A stretch of DNA of 64,000 nt from an uncultured bacterium (GTDB taxonomy: Bacteria; Edwardsbacteria; AC1; EtOH8), in contig CALMGM010000009.1 of assembly GCA_937863685.1 (NCBI GenBank), positions 178,403 through 242,402 on the forward strand. Reading direction: 5' to 3'. Position numbers and translations under genes: made by a program. Positions 29,062 through 39,898 of the stretch are shown here, one piece after another (the stretch's first letter is position 1; each line of letters starts with the position of its first letter). Under the pieces are notes generated by a model. The model searched no databases. It was not told the DNA's origin and saw only the letters and a list, made by a program, of their open reading frames with translations.

Positions 29062-30057
29062 TTAAAAAAGTTGAAGCTTGTCCGGGCCTCCTTCCTCCCG
29101 GGCCAGATAGATAAAACGATCTATCAGATTGACGTACTCGCTCCAGCGCCTATTGTCGCCCCCCTCCTTTCGGATGATCCTCTCGTAGGCAGCGGCATGG
29201 GCGTCCATGAGATCACAGTGATGCACCACCAGTGCCTCCAGGGTGGCCGGAACCACCGGAGAACCCTTCTCCTTCTCCCCGTGGTGGGAAAGTATGATAT
29301 GTCGTAGGCGTTTGATTGTCTCCTGGGGAAAATCCTTGATTTTTATTATCCTCTCCAACAGCATCTGATCGCCCAGCACCAAATGTCCCATTAACCGTCC
29401 ATCATCGGAATAATCCACAAAGGTGGTGACGGAAAATTCCCTGATCTTGCCTATATCATGCAGCAGACAACCGGTTATCAGGATGTCGGGATCAAGCAGC
29501 TGGTAATTTTTCAGGGCGGCTCTGGCCAATCGGCAGACCGAGGTTGTATGTTCGGCTAAGCCGCCGATCCAACCGTGATGCCATAGTTTGGCCGCCGGAG
29601 CCTCCAAAAATTCCCGCATGAAATCCGGATCGTCGAAGAACAGTTTCAGCAGTTTTCCCAAATGAGGATTTTTGACCCCTGCCATCTCGGTCCTGATGGA
29701 TGCCTCCAATTCCTTGTGTGAGAAGGCCGACGTCGCTAAAAAATCGGATAGATCATACTCGTTCCTTTCGCATTTACGGATATTATCTATCCTGAGCTGG
29801 ACATTGTCCTTATACTTACCCACCACAGCCTTGATCTGAACCACATCTCCCGGGGATATCTGCTTATATGCCGCATCGGCCTCATTCCACATTATGGCGT
29901 CGATCCTGCCGGTGGCATCGCCCACCTCTAAGGAAAGAAACGATTTTCCGTCGGACTCCTTGGTCTTGATCTCCACCTTTCGCAGAGCATAATTTTCTAC
30001 CAGATCCTGGCCCTGCATCTCTACATTTTTAAGCTGGTTTATGCTTATTCGACTCAT
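29062..30057 (-). CDS. YhaM/Cbf1-like 3'-5' exoribonuclease (OB-fold + HD domain)
   Basis: N-terminal OB fold (LEVGDATGRIDAIMWNE...VVQIKAVVGKY). HD domain (HHGWIGGLAEHT, GCLLHDIGK, HHCDLMD). Start placed at MSRISINQL, which has an AGGAGGTT RBS. Confidence 0.7.
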   Translation of the reverse strand: MSRISINQLKNVEMQGQDLVENYALRKVEIKTKESDGKSFLSLEVGDATGRIDAIMWNEADAAYKQISPGDVVQIKAVVGKYKDNVQLRIDNIRKCERNEYDLSDFLATSAFSHKELEASIRTEMAGVKNPHLGKLLKLFFDDPDFMREFLEAPAAKLWHHGWIGGLAEHTTSVCRLARAALKNYQLLDPDILITGCLLHDIGKIREFSVTTFVDYSDDGRLMGHLVLGDQMLLERIIKIKDFPQETIKRLRHIILSHHGEKEKGSPVVPATLEALVVHHCDLMDAHAAAYERIIRKEGGDNRRWSEYVNLIDRFIYLAREEGGPDKLQLF

Positions 30058-30162
30058 ACTAACCTCCATACATTTGACATATTTTATCCGCAAAATCAAA
30101 TATTGTCAATAACATAAATAGCCCGTTCTATATGAACGGGCTATTTATAATCTGCGAAACTA

Positions 30163-33100
30163 TTATTTCCTCAGTCTTTCCTCAAATATAACATACAAAG
30201 TCGGCACGAAGATCAGTGTCAGCACCATGGATACCGCCAGCCCGCCGATCACTGAAGTGGCCATTGGCGCCATCATCTCCCCGCTCTCGCCCATTCCCAA
30301 GGCCATTGGAATCATTGCCAAGATGGTGACAACCGAGGTCATCAGGATCGGACGGAACCGGGTGCGACCGGCCGTGACCACGGCCTGGTGCAGTTCCATC
30401 CCGCCCTGCCGGAGCTGGTTGGTGCAGTCCACCAGCAGGATGGCGTTGGAGACCACGATGCCGATCATCATGATTATGCCGAGAAAGGCCGTGACGCTGA
30501 GGTTCATGCCAGCCAGAAACAGGGCCCAGATGACGCCCATGATGCCCAGGGGTACCGAAAACATTACTATGAATGGATCCAGCAGTGATTCGAATTGGGC
30601 CGCCAGAATCATGTACACCAGAAGCAAGGCCAGCAAAGCGGCAAAAAGCAGGCTGGTGAAGGATTCCTTCATGTCTTTGGCGGATCCTCCGATGGTAAGG
30701 GTGAAACCAGCGGGAACCGTCAAGCCCTTTATTTTTGCAGTGAGATCGTTCGTCACTGCATTGAGCGGACGTCCCGCTACGTAGCACGACACCGTGACGA
30801 TCCGGTTCTGGTTTTTCCGGATGATGTCAATGGGACCGAAGGCCTTCTGAACCCTGGCCACGTTGGACAATGCCACATTCTGGCCCATCGGCGAGGCCAT
30901 GGTGAGTCCATCTAAAGAGGCTTTATCCTGGCGGTCCTGCTTGGCCAGGCGGACCACCACGTTATACTCCTTGCCCCGCACGGCATCGCGGAACCGGGTG
31001 GCGGTCTTGCCCTTAAAGGCTGCCTCCACCGTGCTGGCAATTTGATAAACCGAGAATCCCAGGGAGCCGGCCTTTTCACGGTCCACCATCACCTGCAGTT
31101 CAGGGTATCCCGCCTGCAGACTGACGTTCACGTTCTTCGTGCCGGGGGTGGCCGCCATCAGTTCGCTGACCTGTTTGGCCAACCGCTCGGCGGTAACGAA
31201 ATCGTAACCGGCAATTTCAACTTGCAGATCTCCGGTGCTTCCGGTAAAACGACCTGCGATCGAGCCGCCGCCCATGGCGGACATATCGCCGCCGGAAAAG
31301 ACCAACTCTGCGTCCGGAATTTCCTTCAGTTTGGACCGCAGGTCGTCGCTGATCCTCGCGTCGCTACGATTGCGCTGGCTCCGGGAAGCAAGGCGGATGC
31401 GCACGTTCCCCTTGTGCGGCCCGGTGCCCCTGATTGCCGCCAGGCCCTCCTGATCCCCGTAATAAGCATAAACCGAGAGGGCTTCGGGCACGTCACTATG
31501 GATCAGTGAATCAATGTAGTTCATCACCTGGCCGGTCTTCTGGAAGCTCGTTCCCACCGGCATTTTCACTGCTATCTGAATCTCCCCGCTGTCGCTATTG
31601 GGAATGAATTCAGATCCGATGAATTTAAAAGGCCACAACAAGCTTAAGCTTACCAACCCGAACGCAAGGATGGCGATCACCACTTTCTTCTTGTGATGGA
31701 TTGCCCATTGCACGATCATTTGATAACGATCGGTAATGCCGCGGATCAGGCGGTCGAACCACGCCAGACTGCGATGAAACCAGTCACGGCGTTTCAGGCG
31801 ATCGTGTTCTACCTTCATGAACTTGGTGGTCAACAGCGGTACCAACATCATGGAAATGAAATAGGACGCTACCAGGGCGAACCCCACGGTCAGTGCCATC
31901 GGCTTGAACATTATCCCGGCCATGCCTTGGACGAACCCGATCGGCAGGAACACCACAATGGTGGTGATGGTGGTCGCCAAAACAGCCATAGCCACTTCGT
32001 TGCTGCCGGTGAGGGCGGCCTGGTTGGCCTCCATCCCGTCTTCGCGGTGCCGGAAGATGTTCTCTAGAACGACGATCGAATCATCCACCAGCCTTCCGAT
32101 GCCCAGCGATAGTCCACCCAGCGTGATGATGTTAAGGGTCATGTTGTTGAAATACATCAGGATGAAGGTGGCGACCAGGGAGAACGGTATGGCCAAACCT
32201 ATGATCATGGTGCTACTGAAGGAGTACAGAAAAAAGATGATCACGATCACCGCCAACAAGGCGCCCACCACCGCCTCCTGAACGACGTTGCTGATAGATT
32301 TCCGGATGGTGTCCGCGGTATCCATAGAGATCACCAATTTTACATCCGCCGGCATGTTTTTCTGTAGCTCGGCGACCTTTTTGAGCACTCGGTTGCTCAC
32401 CTGGACAGTATTGGCCGATGATTGTTTTTGTATCTGGAGGACCACCGACGGGCGGCCGTTCATTTTGACCTCGCTGTCCAAGTCGGAATAGCTATCCGAC
32501 ACATTTGCGACGTCCCGGAGGAAGACCTGCACTCCTCCTTTGTTGCCGACTACGGTCTGGCCTATCTCCCCAACGGTCTTGAACTCGCCGGGAGTCCGGA
32601 TTAGGAAATCCAACACACCGGTCTTAAGATGGCCGCCGGGCATGTTCATGTTCGCCAGTCGCAGCGCCATCATTACCTGGTCCAGCGACAGCCCTACGCC
32701 TTCCAGCCGGCTGCGATTCACCTCTACGTGGATCTCCCTCTCCCGGCCGCCGGTTACCGTGACCATGGCCACGCCCTCGACCTGGGATAACTGGTCCTTG
32801 ATTTTATCCTCGGCGAACTCCCGCAGTTCCCGCAGTTCCCTCTGCTCGCTGGTGACGCCCATGATTATCACCGGCATCATTGACGGGTCGAACTTGAACA
32901 CCATCGGTGACGTTACGTCGTCAGGAAGGTATCTCTTGACCATGTCCAGCTTCTCCCTGGTATCGATGGCCCGCGCGTCCACGTCCGTGCCCCAGTTAAA
33001 CTCACCGAGGACCAGGGACATACCTTCGCGCGATATGGAGAACACGTTCTTGATATCCTGAACCTGGGAAACCGCGCCCTCAAGTGTTCGGCTGACCGTA

Positions 33101-33282
33101 CCCTCGACCTCGGTCGGGCCGGCCCCAGAATACTCCGACATCACAGCCACGATCGGAATGTCGAAATTGGGCAACAAGTCCAATTTTAAGTTCATCAGGG
33201 CAATGATGCCCAATACCGTCACCGCGACGAAGATCATGATCATGGTGACGGGGCGTTTTAATGAGAATTCCGATAATATCAT
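30163..33282 (-). CDS. RND efflux transporter permease (AcrB/HAE1 family)
   Basis: 1039 aa with 12 TM helices and the periplasmic loop architecture typical of AcrB. Confidence 0.9.
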   Translation of the reverse strand: MILSEFSLKRPVTMIMIFVAVTVLGIIALMNLKLDLLPNFDIPIVAVMSEYSGAGPTEVEGTVSRTLEGAVSQVQDIKNVFSISREGMSLVLGEFNWGTDVDARAIDTREKLDMVKRYLPDDVTSPMVFKFDPSMMPVIIMGVTSEQRELRELREFAEDKIKDQLSQVEGVAMVTVTGGREREIHVEVNRSRLEGVGLSLDQVMMALRLANMNMPGGHLKTGVLDFLIRTPGEFKTVGEIGQTVVGNKGGVQVFLRDVANVSDSYSDLDSEVKMNGRPSVVLQIQKQSSANTVQVSNRVLKKVAELQKNMPADVKLVISMDTADTIRKSISNVVQEAVVGALLAVIVIIFFLYSFSSTMIIGLAIPFSLVATFILMYFNNMTLNIITLGGLSLGIGRLVDDSIVVLENIFRHREDGMEANQAALTGSNEVAMAVLATTITTIVVFLPIGFVQGMAGIMFKPMALTVGFALVASYFISMMLVPLLTTKFMKVEHDRLKRRDWFHRSLAWFDRLIRGITDRYQMIVQWAIHHKKKVVIAILAFGLVSLSLLWPFKFIGSEFIPNSDSGEIQIAVKMPVGTSFQKTGQVMNYIDSLIHSDVPEALSVYAYYGDQEGLAAIRGTGPHKGNVRIRLASRSQRNRSDARISDDLRSKLKEIPDAELVFSGGDMSAMGGGSIAGRFTGSTGDLQVEIAGYDFVTAERLAKQVSELMAATPGTKNVNVSLQAGYPELQVMVDREKAGSLGFSVYQIASTVEAAFKGKTATRFRDAVRGKEYNVVVRLAKQDRQDKASLDGLTMASPMGQNVALSNVARVQKAFGPIDIIRKNQNRIVTVSCYVAGRPLNAVTNDLTAKIKGLTVPAGFTLTIGGSAKDMKESFTSLLFAALLALLLVYMILAAQFESLLDPFIVMFSVPLGIMGVIWALFLAGMNLSVTAFLGIIMMIGIVVSNAILLVDCTNQLRQGGMELHQAVVTAGRTRFRPILMTSVVTILAMIPMALGMGESGEMMAPMATSVIGGLAVSMVLTLIFVPTLYVIFEERLRK

Positions 33283-33283
33283 T

Positions 33284-34180
33284 CTACTTTCCCCCGATCA
33301 CTTTCACGACGGAACCGTTGGACAAGGAATGATGGCCGGCCACGATCAACTGCTCGCCGAGGGCCAGTCCCGACTTGATGGAACTGGTTTCACCCAAGTC
33401 GATATCTACTGTTACCGCACGCGCCACGGCGTTACCACCCTCCACCACGAATATTTGTGTTGCACCCTCACGCTGAAGTATGGCTGTGGTGGGAATTACG
33501 ATCCCCTTGAGATGGCGTTTGATATTGACGGTAGCCCGGGCATACATCCCGGGACGGATCTTAAGTCCGGGATTTCTGATAGCGATCTCGGCTTTGGCGG
33601 TCCGGCTTAGGTTGTCCACCGTGGGCGAGAGTTTTGATACCCAGCCGGTGAATTGCTGGTCCGGCCAGGCATCTATGGAAACCTTGGCCACCGCCCCCTT
33701 CTTTACTCTGGAGATTTCGACCTCGGGAACCTGCACCATCAATTTGACTTGGTGGTAGTCGGCGATCTGGAACAGAGGCTGGCCCGGGTTCACATGGGTG
33801 CCAGTGTCGAAGTACTTCTTGGTCATCCAGCCGGCAATTGGGGCGTCCAGGACGGCTTCTTTGAATTCCACCCCTATCTCGTCCCGGTCTATGGTGACCA
33901 CATTTTGCCCTTTATTTACCCAGTCGCCTTCTTCAAACAAGTATTTAATGATCTTGCCTGGGACCTTGGCCGGAACCTCGGTCTGGTTCTCAGCCAGTAT
34001 AGTGCCGGTGAGGTTCAGCGTCTCGTCATAGTCAGTGGGGGTAATTATCACTACCTCTACCGGTAATATAGCGACCTCGCCCTTGGTATTTTTCTTATTA
34101 AGTGTCACCTTTGTAATGCGATACCCGACCAGTATCACGAAAAGCGATAAAATTATAATTAAAAGTTTCTTGCCCTTCAT
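33284..34180 (-). CDS. RND periplasmic adaptor (membrane fusion protein, HlyD family)
   Basis: N-terminal TM anchor, biotinyl/lipoyl-like hairpin and beta-barrel segments. It sits directly adjacent to the RND pump gene. Confidence 0.85.
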   Translation of the reverse strand: MKGKKLLIIILSLFVILVGYRITKVTLNKKNTKGEVAILPVEVVIITPTDYDETLNLTGTILAENQTEVPAKVPGKIIKYLFEEGDWVNKGQNVVTIDRDEIGVEFKEAVLDAPIAGWMTKKYFDTGTHVNPGQPLFQIADYHQVKLMVQVPEVEISRVKKGAVAKVSIDAWPDQQFTGWVSKLSPTVDNLSRTAKAEIAIRNPGLKIRPGMYARATVNIKRHLKGIVIPTTAILQREGATQIFVVEGGNAVARAVTVDIDLGETSSIKSGLALGEQLIVAGHHSLSNGSVVKVIGGK

Positions 34181-34241
34181 GGCGTAATCTCTGCTCCTTA
34201 ATTTATTATATATTGTTTTGTTTTCCGGATCTGATTGATGA

Positions 34242-35588
34242 TTATTTAAGCGTGATTCCCGCTGCTTTTTCCAGCTTGGCCAGTGATACTAAATAATCGT
34301 GCACCGCCTGTATTCGGTTGGTCTGGGCCTGGGTCAGGGCCAGCTGGGCGTCCAGCACGTCCAGGTTGGTAGCCTGTCCGCTCTCGTAACGGGCCTGAGC
34401 TATCTTAAGGGCCTCCTGGGCCTGCTCCACCGATCTCTGTTGGGAGAATATTGTCTTTTCGCTGGCCTTCATGGTAAGGTATCCAGCCGTGACCTCCAGT
34501 TCTATCCAATCTTCCACCTGTTCCCTGGCCAAACGGATCTGATTCTGGTTGGCACGGGCCTCTCTTATCTTCCCTATGGAAGCACCACCATCAAACAGAC
34601 TCCAGCTGGCGGCAATCCCCACATCCCATGTCTTCTGCCATTTGTCAATATCCGTATAGCCCTGGCCCTTGTAGTAGGTATAATCTGCCAACAGACTTAT
34701 GGCAGGTTGATAGCCAGCAAAGGAGGTAAGCTTGGCTTTATCGACTATCTTTTGACGGAGTATGATCGATTTATATTCGGGCCTTGTTTCCAGTGCGGCT
34801 TTTTTCAAAGCGGCACTGTCCACTTCCACTGGCAGGTATTGCATGGAATCGGTGGGGATGATATCGCCGTTAAGATCCCGGTTCAAGTTCATGTTCAAGG
34901 CCTGCTTGGCCAAAGCCACCGCATTTTGAGTCTGGATCAGCCGGGGCTGCAGGTTTGATAGCTGTACTTCAGCCCGGAGCAGGTCATATTTAGAGACTAT
35001 GCCGTTCTGGTAAAGGGCTTTGACACGGTCCACGTGCTTTTGGATTGAGGTCACAGCCTCTTGAGTGACCTGGTTGAAACTTTGAGCCAGCAACAGGTCG
35101 TAATAGGCCTGCTTGACATCAAACACCACCTTGGCCTGGCAACTGTCGTAGGACTGTAGTGAGATGTCCCTGCTCAATTTGGTGATCTGATATCCCTGCC
35201 AGACCCTGCCTCCAGTATAAATCGGCCAGATGGCCGAAAGCTTTCCGGCATAGGCATTGCCCACCCTGTCAGCGCTGACGGACCCGGAAGGAACCACATC
35301 GCCGGTGGGGGCAAAGGTGGTTCCATCCAACACCGGCAGAAAGGAGACGCTGGTGTTATATAGGTTGCTCATACGCATGGCGCTGCCGGAAACGGAAAGC
35401 CCTGGCACCAAGCTCCCCCGGACCGTCGTCACTTGGGCCTGTGAGGCGGCTACCCTGTATTTTACACCCTGCAGTCCGGCATTCTGCTTCAGGGCCAAAT
35501 TTACTGCCTGCTGCAGCGAATATTCCTCGGCCATCAAACCGGCTGAACCAGCAAGGACAACCAAACAAATTGATAAAATTCTTTTCAT
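34242..35588 (-). CDS. TolC-family outer-membrane efflux channel
   Basis: Signal peptide and duplicated OEP repeats (LSLQQAVNLALKQNAGLQ...). Confidence 0.85.
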   Translation of the reverse strand: MKRILSICLVVLAGSAGLMAEEYSLQQAVNLALKQNAGLQGVKYRVAASQAQVTTVRGSLVPGLSVSGSAMRMSNLYNTSVSFLPVLDGTTFAPTGDVVPSGSVSADRVGNAYAGKLSAIWPIYTGGRVWQGYQITKLSRDISLQSYDSCQAKVVFDVKQAYYDLLLAQSFNQVTQEAVTSIQKHVDRVKALYQNGIVSKYDLLRAEVQLSNLQPRLIQTQNAVALAKQALNMNLNRDLNGDIIPTDSMQYLPVEVDSAALKKAALETRPEYKSIILRQKIVDKAKLTSFAGYQPAISLLADYTYYKGQGYTDIDKWQKTWDVGIAASWSLFDGGASIGKIREARANQNQIRLAREQVEDWIELEVTAGYLTMKASEKTIFSQQRSVEQAQEALKIAQARYESGQATNLDVLDAQLALTQAQTNRIQAVHDYLVSLAKLEKAAGITLK

Positions 35589-35605
35589 TTATATTCCCTT
35601 ATTTG

Positions 35606-36268
35606 TTAATTTCTAGTTTTAATACCGTCTAGTAACAGATTAGTTATTAATGTAATGTTGTCTGTGTTGTAGATTTTTTTCCTGTTCATGAATGAGTTGA
35701 TCGCAACGCCATGACAAAGGCTGAAAATTGCTATGGCTACCTGATTTGGATTCAACGCATGGAATTGGTTCAATTCAATCCCATGGGCAATATGCTCTGA
35801 TACCATATTTACCATCTTCTGATAATGTCGGCGGAACCGAGATTTAACAATACCATCAGCGCACGTGGTTACCGCCAATTGCTCCCGATTCATCAACCGA
35901 AGTAAATCAATGTTCTGGTCGAATATCTGTAGCATGGTCACCACCAGAAGGGCGATTGTCTGGTCGGGCGTTATATCTTGAATCAGCACGTCCTTTATCT
36001 TCTCTCTGAAATTGATCATTTCCTCCTCCACCACCGAGATGAACAAATTCTCCTTGCTCGAAAAATAACCGTAAAGCGTTCCCTTGGCAAACTCGGCCTT
36101 CTCGGCTATCTCGTCCAGGGTGGCTGCATGTAGACCTTTTTGGGCAAACACTTCCCGGGCAGCCTTAAGTATATCCTTTTTTTTAACTTGCCGTTCCCGT
36201 TCTTTACGGGATGCCACACCTGTTGTGTTTTTCACATTTGTCATACTTTTATCCTTGATGATTTTCAT
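35606..36268 (-). CDS. TetR-family regulator heading the efflux gene set
   Basis: HTH TLDEIAEKAEFAKGTLYGYFSSKENLF. Confidence 0.8.
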   Translation of the reverse strand: MKIIKDKSMTNVKNTTGVASRKERERQVKKKDILKAAREVFAQKGLHAATLDEIAEKAEFAKGTLYGYFSSKENLFISVVEEEMINFREKIKDVLIQDITPDQTIALLVVTMLQIFDQNIDLLRLMNREQLAVTTCADGIVKSRFRRHYQKMVNMVSEHIAHGIELNQFHALNPNQVAIAIFSLCHGVAINSFMNRKKIYNTDNITLITNLLLDGIKTRN

Positions 36269-36298
36269 GTGTCTCTCTACCTTTCATCATTTCCAAAC

Positions 36299-37276
36299 CT
36301 ATTTACATATTGTTTTTAGATTTAAACATTCTACCGCATTCTGTTTTTTTGCATCCCACGTTCTATTCCACCAGACTGCCAAAAGAATTGCAAACCCACC
36401 ATGTATGAAACCAGCCAATATGTCAACCAAATAATGATATGCTCCAAAAAGAGTTGACAATAAAAGCAAGACCGTAGTTATAATGAACGGAAGCGACCAC
36501 CATTTGATGTACCGCACCATGAATATACAAATGACCAGGGAACCTGCAGCATGACCGGAGGGGAAAGCACCTCCGCAATATGCCGTGCCAGATATGAAAG
36601 CGCTTATTTGATGTGTCACCCATCCACCGTTAAGTTTTAAATACCGCCACACCTCAAAACGCGGACTATGAGCAGGCAACAACATAAACCACAAATATGT
36701 GCCATACAAAGCCGCTATTATCCCCAAGCGCAGGTTGGCAAATGCCCTAAGAAGTTTCTTAAGATATAAAATAAGGCTGCTGCTGAAAATCATTACAAAA
36801 AATGAGCAGTAGGAAAGCTGCATAAGATCGGTAAACCTGACGGAGGCCCCTCTTTGCAGTATCCTTACCGGGTCGTCACCGATCAGCCAGACATCGAATT
36901 GGTTGAGTAATCCGTCCAGATTCCAGGCAAAAATAGCATGAATGAAATCGCCTGCCCAGTGATAGGTGACTGGCAAAGTGGCAATGGGGTACCAGTCGGA
37001 AGCTATGGCAAGGATCCTGCCGGGAAACCTTACGGTCAAATATCTTAAAATGATTATCGCTGCCAGCGCCGCAGTATGCCGCAACGCCACCACTTGGTAA
37101 GCGGAAATATTATGATGAAAGACCAGCGCCGAAAGGACCATCAGGAATTCGTAACCGGCGATAAACCAATCTACCGGCCTGAATATTTTTATGAATTTCC
37201 CTGATATTCCCGGAAAACATTTACCACTCGTCGTTAATCTCCTATTTGAAGCAAATCTGAATGGCATGCAGCCCAT
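36299..37276 (-). CDS. PAP2-superfamily membrane phosphatase/phosphotransferase
   Basis: PSGH (GAFPSGHAAGS) and SRxxxxxHxxxD-like (YHYLVDILAG) acid-phosphatase motifs in a multi-TM protein. Confidence 0.6.
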   Translation of the reverse strand: MGCMPFRFASNRRLTTSGKCFPGISGKFIKIFRPVDWFIAGYEFLMVLSALVFHHNISAYQVVALRHTAALAAIIILRYLTVRFPGRILAIASDWYPIATLPVTYHWAGDFIHAIFAWNLDGLLNQFDVWLIGDDPVRILQRGASVRFTDLMQLSYCSFFVMIFSSSLILYLKKLLRAFANLRLGIIAALYGTYLWFMLLPAHSPRFEVWRYLKLNGGWVTHQISAFISGTAYCGGAFPSGHAAGSLVICIFMVRYIKWWSLPFIITTVLLLLSTLFGAYHYLVDILAGFIHGGFAILLAVWWNRTWDAKKQNAVECLNLKTICK

Positions 37277-37301
37277 TAACTTTCATTAAATAAAGAGTTG
37301 T

Positions 37302-38261
37302 TTAGAACACGCTGACGTTTAGATATTTTTTGGGGTTCTGCCTTAGGTCCTTGATAAGCTGATTCAACTCATCGGACGATTCCTTCAGTTTTTTATACAT
37401 CTCTTCGTCCTTGGACAGTTTGCCCAATGTTCCCTCGCCTTTCTCCATGCGGGATAGAATGACGTCCAGCCGTTTTGAAGTTGAATCCAGCGTGTTATAA
37501 ACATCAGGTTCACGTAATAACTTGCCCAAAGTCCCCTGGCCCCGCTTGAGGCTGTCGGAGATGGTGTTGATGCTGGACATGGTCTGATTAAGATTATTAT
37601 ACAGTGAGGGATCGTTCATCAGCTTGCCGATGGTTCCCTTATTACCCTTGATCAGCAATATCAGATGGTTCATGCTGACCATGACCGAATCGAGGTTGGT
37701 ATACAGTCGGGGATCGTCGATCATTTTGCCCAGCGTGCCGGTGCCCTTTTCGATCTTCTTCATTACCGCGTTAAGCGACAGGGTGGTGGACCTTAGGGTG
37801 TCCGATATCTCGGCCACAACGGCCAGAATCTCCTCGGGAGGCATCACTTCCTTGGTCGTCAGTTGATCGCCGTTGTTCAGCAGGGGGTTGTTCTGGTCGG
37901 CCGGTGCTATCTCGATGAGCTTGTCGCCCAGCAGTCCCAGGCTGCTGACCCTGGCCACCGAGCCCTTTCTGATCTTGGCCTGCCAGCTTTTTTCTATCCG
38001 CAGGGTCACCTCCACCCTGGGCTTTCCGGCCGCTTCCACCAGATCGATGCTATTGACCACGCCCACCTGAAAGCCGGACACCCTTACCGGTGCGCCCTTC
38101 TGCAGACCGCCGGCATCGTCGAACTGGGCTTTCAGATAGTATCTTTGCTTGAGCAAACCCTGGCGTTCCCCCACCGAGAATATGGTTATCAAAGCAATGA
38201 TCAGCCCGGCCGTGATCAGAGCCCCCACCTTGAGCTCATGGGATATTCTACTGCCTGCCAT
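37302..38261 (-). CDS. mlaD: MlaD/MCE-family substrate-binding protein with extended helical C-terminal repeats
   Basis: N-terminal TM plus MCE domain (VRVSGFQVGVVNSIDL). Repeated GTLGKL-containing helical units follow. Confidence 0.75.
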   Translation of the reverse strand: MAGSRISHELKVGALITAGLIIALITIFSVGERQGLLKQRYYLKAQFDDAGGLQKGAPVRVSGFQVGVVNSIDLVEAAGKPRVEVTLRIEKSWQAKIRKGSVARVSSLGLLGDKLIEIAPADQNNPLLNNGDQLTTKEVMPPEEILAVVAEISDTLRSTTLSLNAVMKKIEKGTGTLGKMIDDPRLYTNLDSVMVSMNHLILLIKGNKGTIGKLMNDPSLYNNLNQTMSSINTISDSLKRGQGTLGKLLREPDVYNTLDSTSKRLDVILSRMEKGEGTLGKLSKDEEMYKKLKESSDELNQLIKDLRQNPKKYLNVSVF

Positions 38262-38991
38262 CGCTTATTACCCCTCCTTTTATAAAATCCTGGACAAATT
38301 TCAACTGAGAACCTTTGATCTCCGATGCGCTCCCGGTCAACAGGATCTCCCCGTCCTTGATGACCACGAACCGGTCGGCCACCTGAAAGGCATTGGCGAT
38401 CTCATGGGTGACCACGATCGAGGAGACCTTTCGTTCCGTTTGAAGTTTGCGGATCAGCTGGTTAATCTTCCTTGAGGTCAGCGGGTCCAGTCCGGTGGTG
38501 GGCTCATCGTAAAACATATAGACCGGATCCAGGGCCATGGCCCTGGCCAGAGCCACCCTTTTCTTCATCCCCCCGGAAAGTTCCGAAGGCATCAGCTGCT
38601 CGGTACCGGACAGCTCCACGAACTCCAGACACTCGGCCACTTTGCTCCTGATCCGGTCTTCGGAGAAACTGGTATGCTCCCTTAGAGCATAGGCCACATT
38701 CTCCCCGACATTGAAGGAATCGAACAGGGCCGCTCCCTGGAACAGCATCCCCATCCGTTTGCGGACAGGCATCATCTGTTCCTCGCGGTAATTGGTGGTG
38801 TCCTGGCTGTCGATGAGGATGGTGCCCTGATCCTGCTTCAGCAGGCGCAGAATGATCTTGAGCATCACGCTCTTGCCGCATCCCGAACGTCCCAGTATCA
38901 CTATGGTCTCCCCGTCGTGAAGCGCCAGGCTGACGCCCTTAAGCACCTGTTTCCCTTCGAAAGATTTATGGATATCAATTAATTCTATCAT
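38248..38991 (-). CDS. mlaF: ABC transporter ATP-binding protein MlaF
   Basis: Walker A GRSGCGKS, ABC signature LSGGMKKR and Walker B MFYDEPTTGLD. Confidence 0.9.
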   Translation of the reverse strand: MIELIDIHKSFEGKQVLKGVSLALHDGETIVILGRSGCGKSVMLKIILRLLKQDQGTILIDSQDTTNYREEQMMPVRKRMGMLFQGAALFDSFNVGENVAYALREHTSFSEDRIRSKVAECLEFVELSGTEQLMPSELSGGMKKRVALARAMALDPVYMFYDEPTTGLDPLTSRKINQLIRKLQTERKVSSIVVTHEIANAFQVADRFVVIKDGEILLTGSASEIKGSQLKFVQDFIKGGVISDGRQ

Positions 38992-39006
38992 AAGCTCCGA
39001 TTAATA

Positions 39007-39780
39007 TCATATTCCCAGCAGGAACAACAGCTTGGTGATAACCGCATCCAGCAGGAAAATCAGTACCGATGATACCACCACCGTCCTGGTCACAGCCTCC
39101 CCCACTCCCTTGGTCCCGCCCTTGGTGTTGAGCCCGTAATAGCAGGCCACCCCGGAGATCATGGCCCCGAACACCAGCGGTTTTATCAGGCCGCTGAACA
39201 AGTCGTTGAATACCAGGGAGTTTATCACCGAGCTTTTGTAGAACGAGGCCGTCAACCCCAGATTCATCACCCCCACCAGCATCCCCCCCAGGATCCCGAT
39301 CAGGTCCCCGATCACCACCAGCACCGGCAGCATCAGGGTGGAGGCCACGATCCGGGTAAGCACCAGCTTTCGCAGGGGATCGGTGGCCAGGGCCCTCATG
39401 GCGTCTATCTGCTCCGAAACCTGCATGGCGCCAAGCTCGGCGGTGATCCCGGCCCCCACCCGCCCGGCAAATACCATGGATATCAGCACCGGCCCCAGTT
39501 CGCGCACCAGAGAGACCGCCACGATGCCCCCCACGTATATCTTGGCGCCAAACCGCATCATGGCATAGCCTATCTGGAAAGCCAGCACAAATCCGGTGAA
39601 AAAGGCCACCAAAATGACAATGGACAGTGAATCCACCCCGATCCGGTCCATCTGCTCCCAGATGGTCTTGCCGTAATAAGGCGGACGGAACAGGCGCCTC
39701 AGCACTTCCCAGTGAAAGGCAAAAAAACGGTAGGTCTCCGAAAGAGCCCCGCTGATCTTGTTGTTGATGTACTTATTCAT
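39007..39780 (-). CDS. mlaE: ABC transporter permease MlaE
   Basis: Six-TM permease with the MlaE-typical conserved segments. It precedes mlaF and mlaD. Confidence 0.85.
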   Translation of the reverse strand: MNKYINNKISGALSETYRFFAFHWEVLRRLFRPPYYGKTIWEQMDRIGVDSLSIVILVAFFTGFVLAFQIGYAMMRFGAKIYVGGIVAVSLVRELGPVLISMVFAGRVGAGITAELGAMQVSEQIDAMRALATDPLRKLVLTRIVASTLMLPVLVVIGDLIGILGGMLVGVMNLGLTASFYKSSVINSLVFNDLFSGLIKPLVFGAMISGVACYYGLNTKGGTKGVGEAVTRTVVVSSVLIFLLDAVITKLLFLLGI

Positions 39781-39800
39781 TAAACTTGCCGTTCAATTTA

Positions 39801-39818
39801 TGACTGACCAGTCAGTCA
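39801..39818. promoter_or_regulatory. 18 bp palindrome TGACTGAC-CA-GTCAGTCA ~20 nt upstream of the mlaE start
   Basis: Perfect 8 bp arms read directly from the sequence. Confidence 0.5.
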
Positions 39819-39855
39819 ATTATATCAATAGACCAGGGTTTTGTCAAGAGGCCCA

Positions 39856-39883
39856 TAAAAAAACGCCCGGACGATGCGGGCGC
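39856..39883 (-). terminator. Rho-independent terminator downstream of the PorV-like gene
   Basis: On the minus strand, CGCCCGC-ATCGT-CCGGGCG is followed by TTTTTTT. Confidence 0.65.
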
Positions 39884-39898
39884 TTGGGCAATACTTGT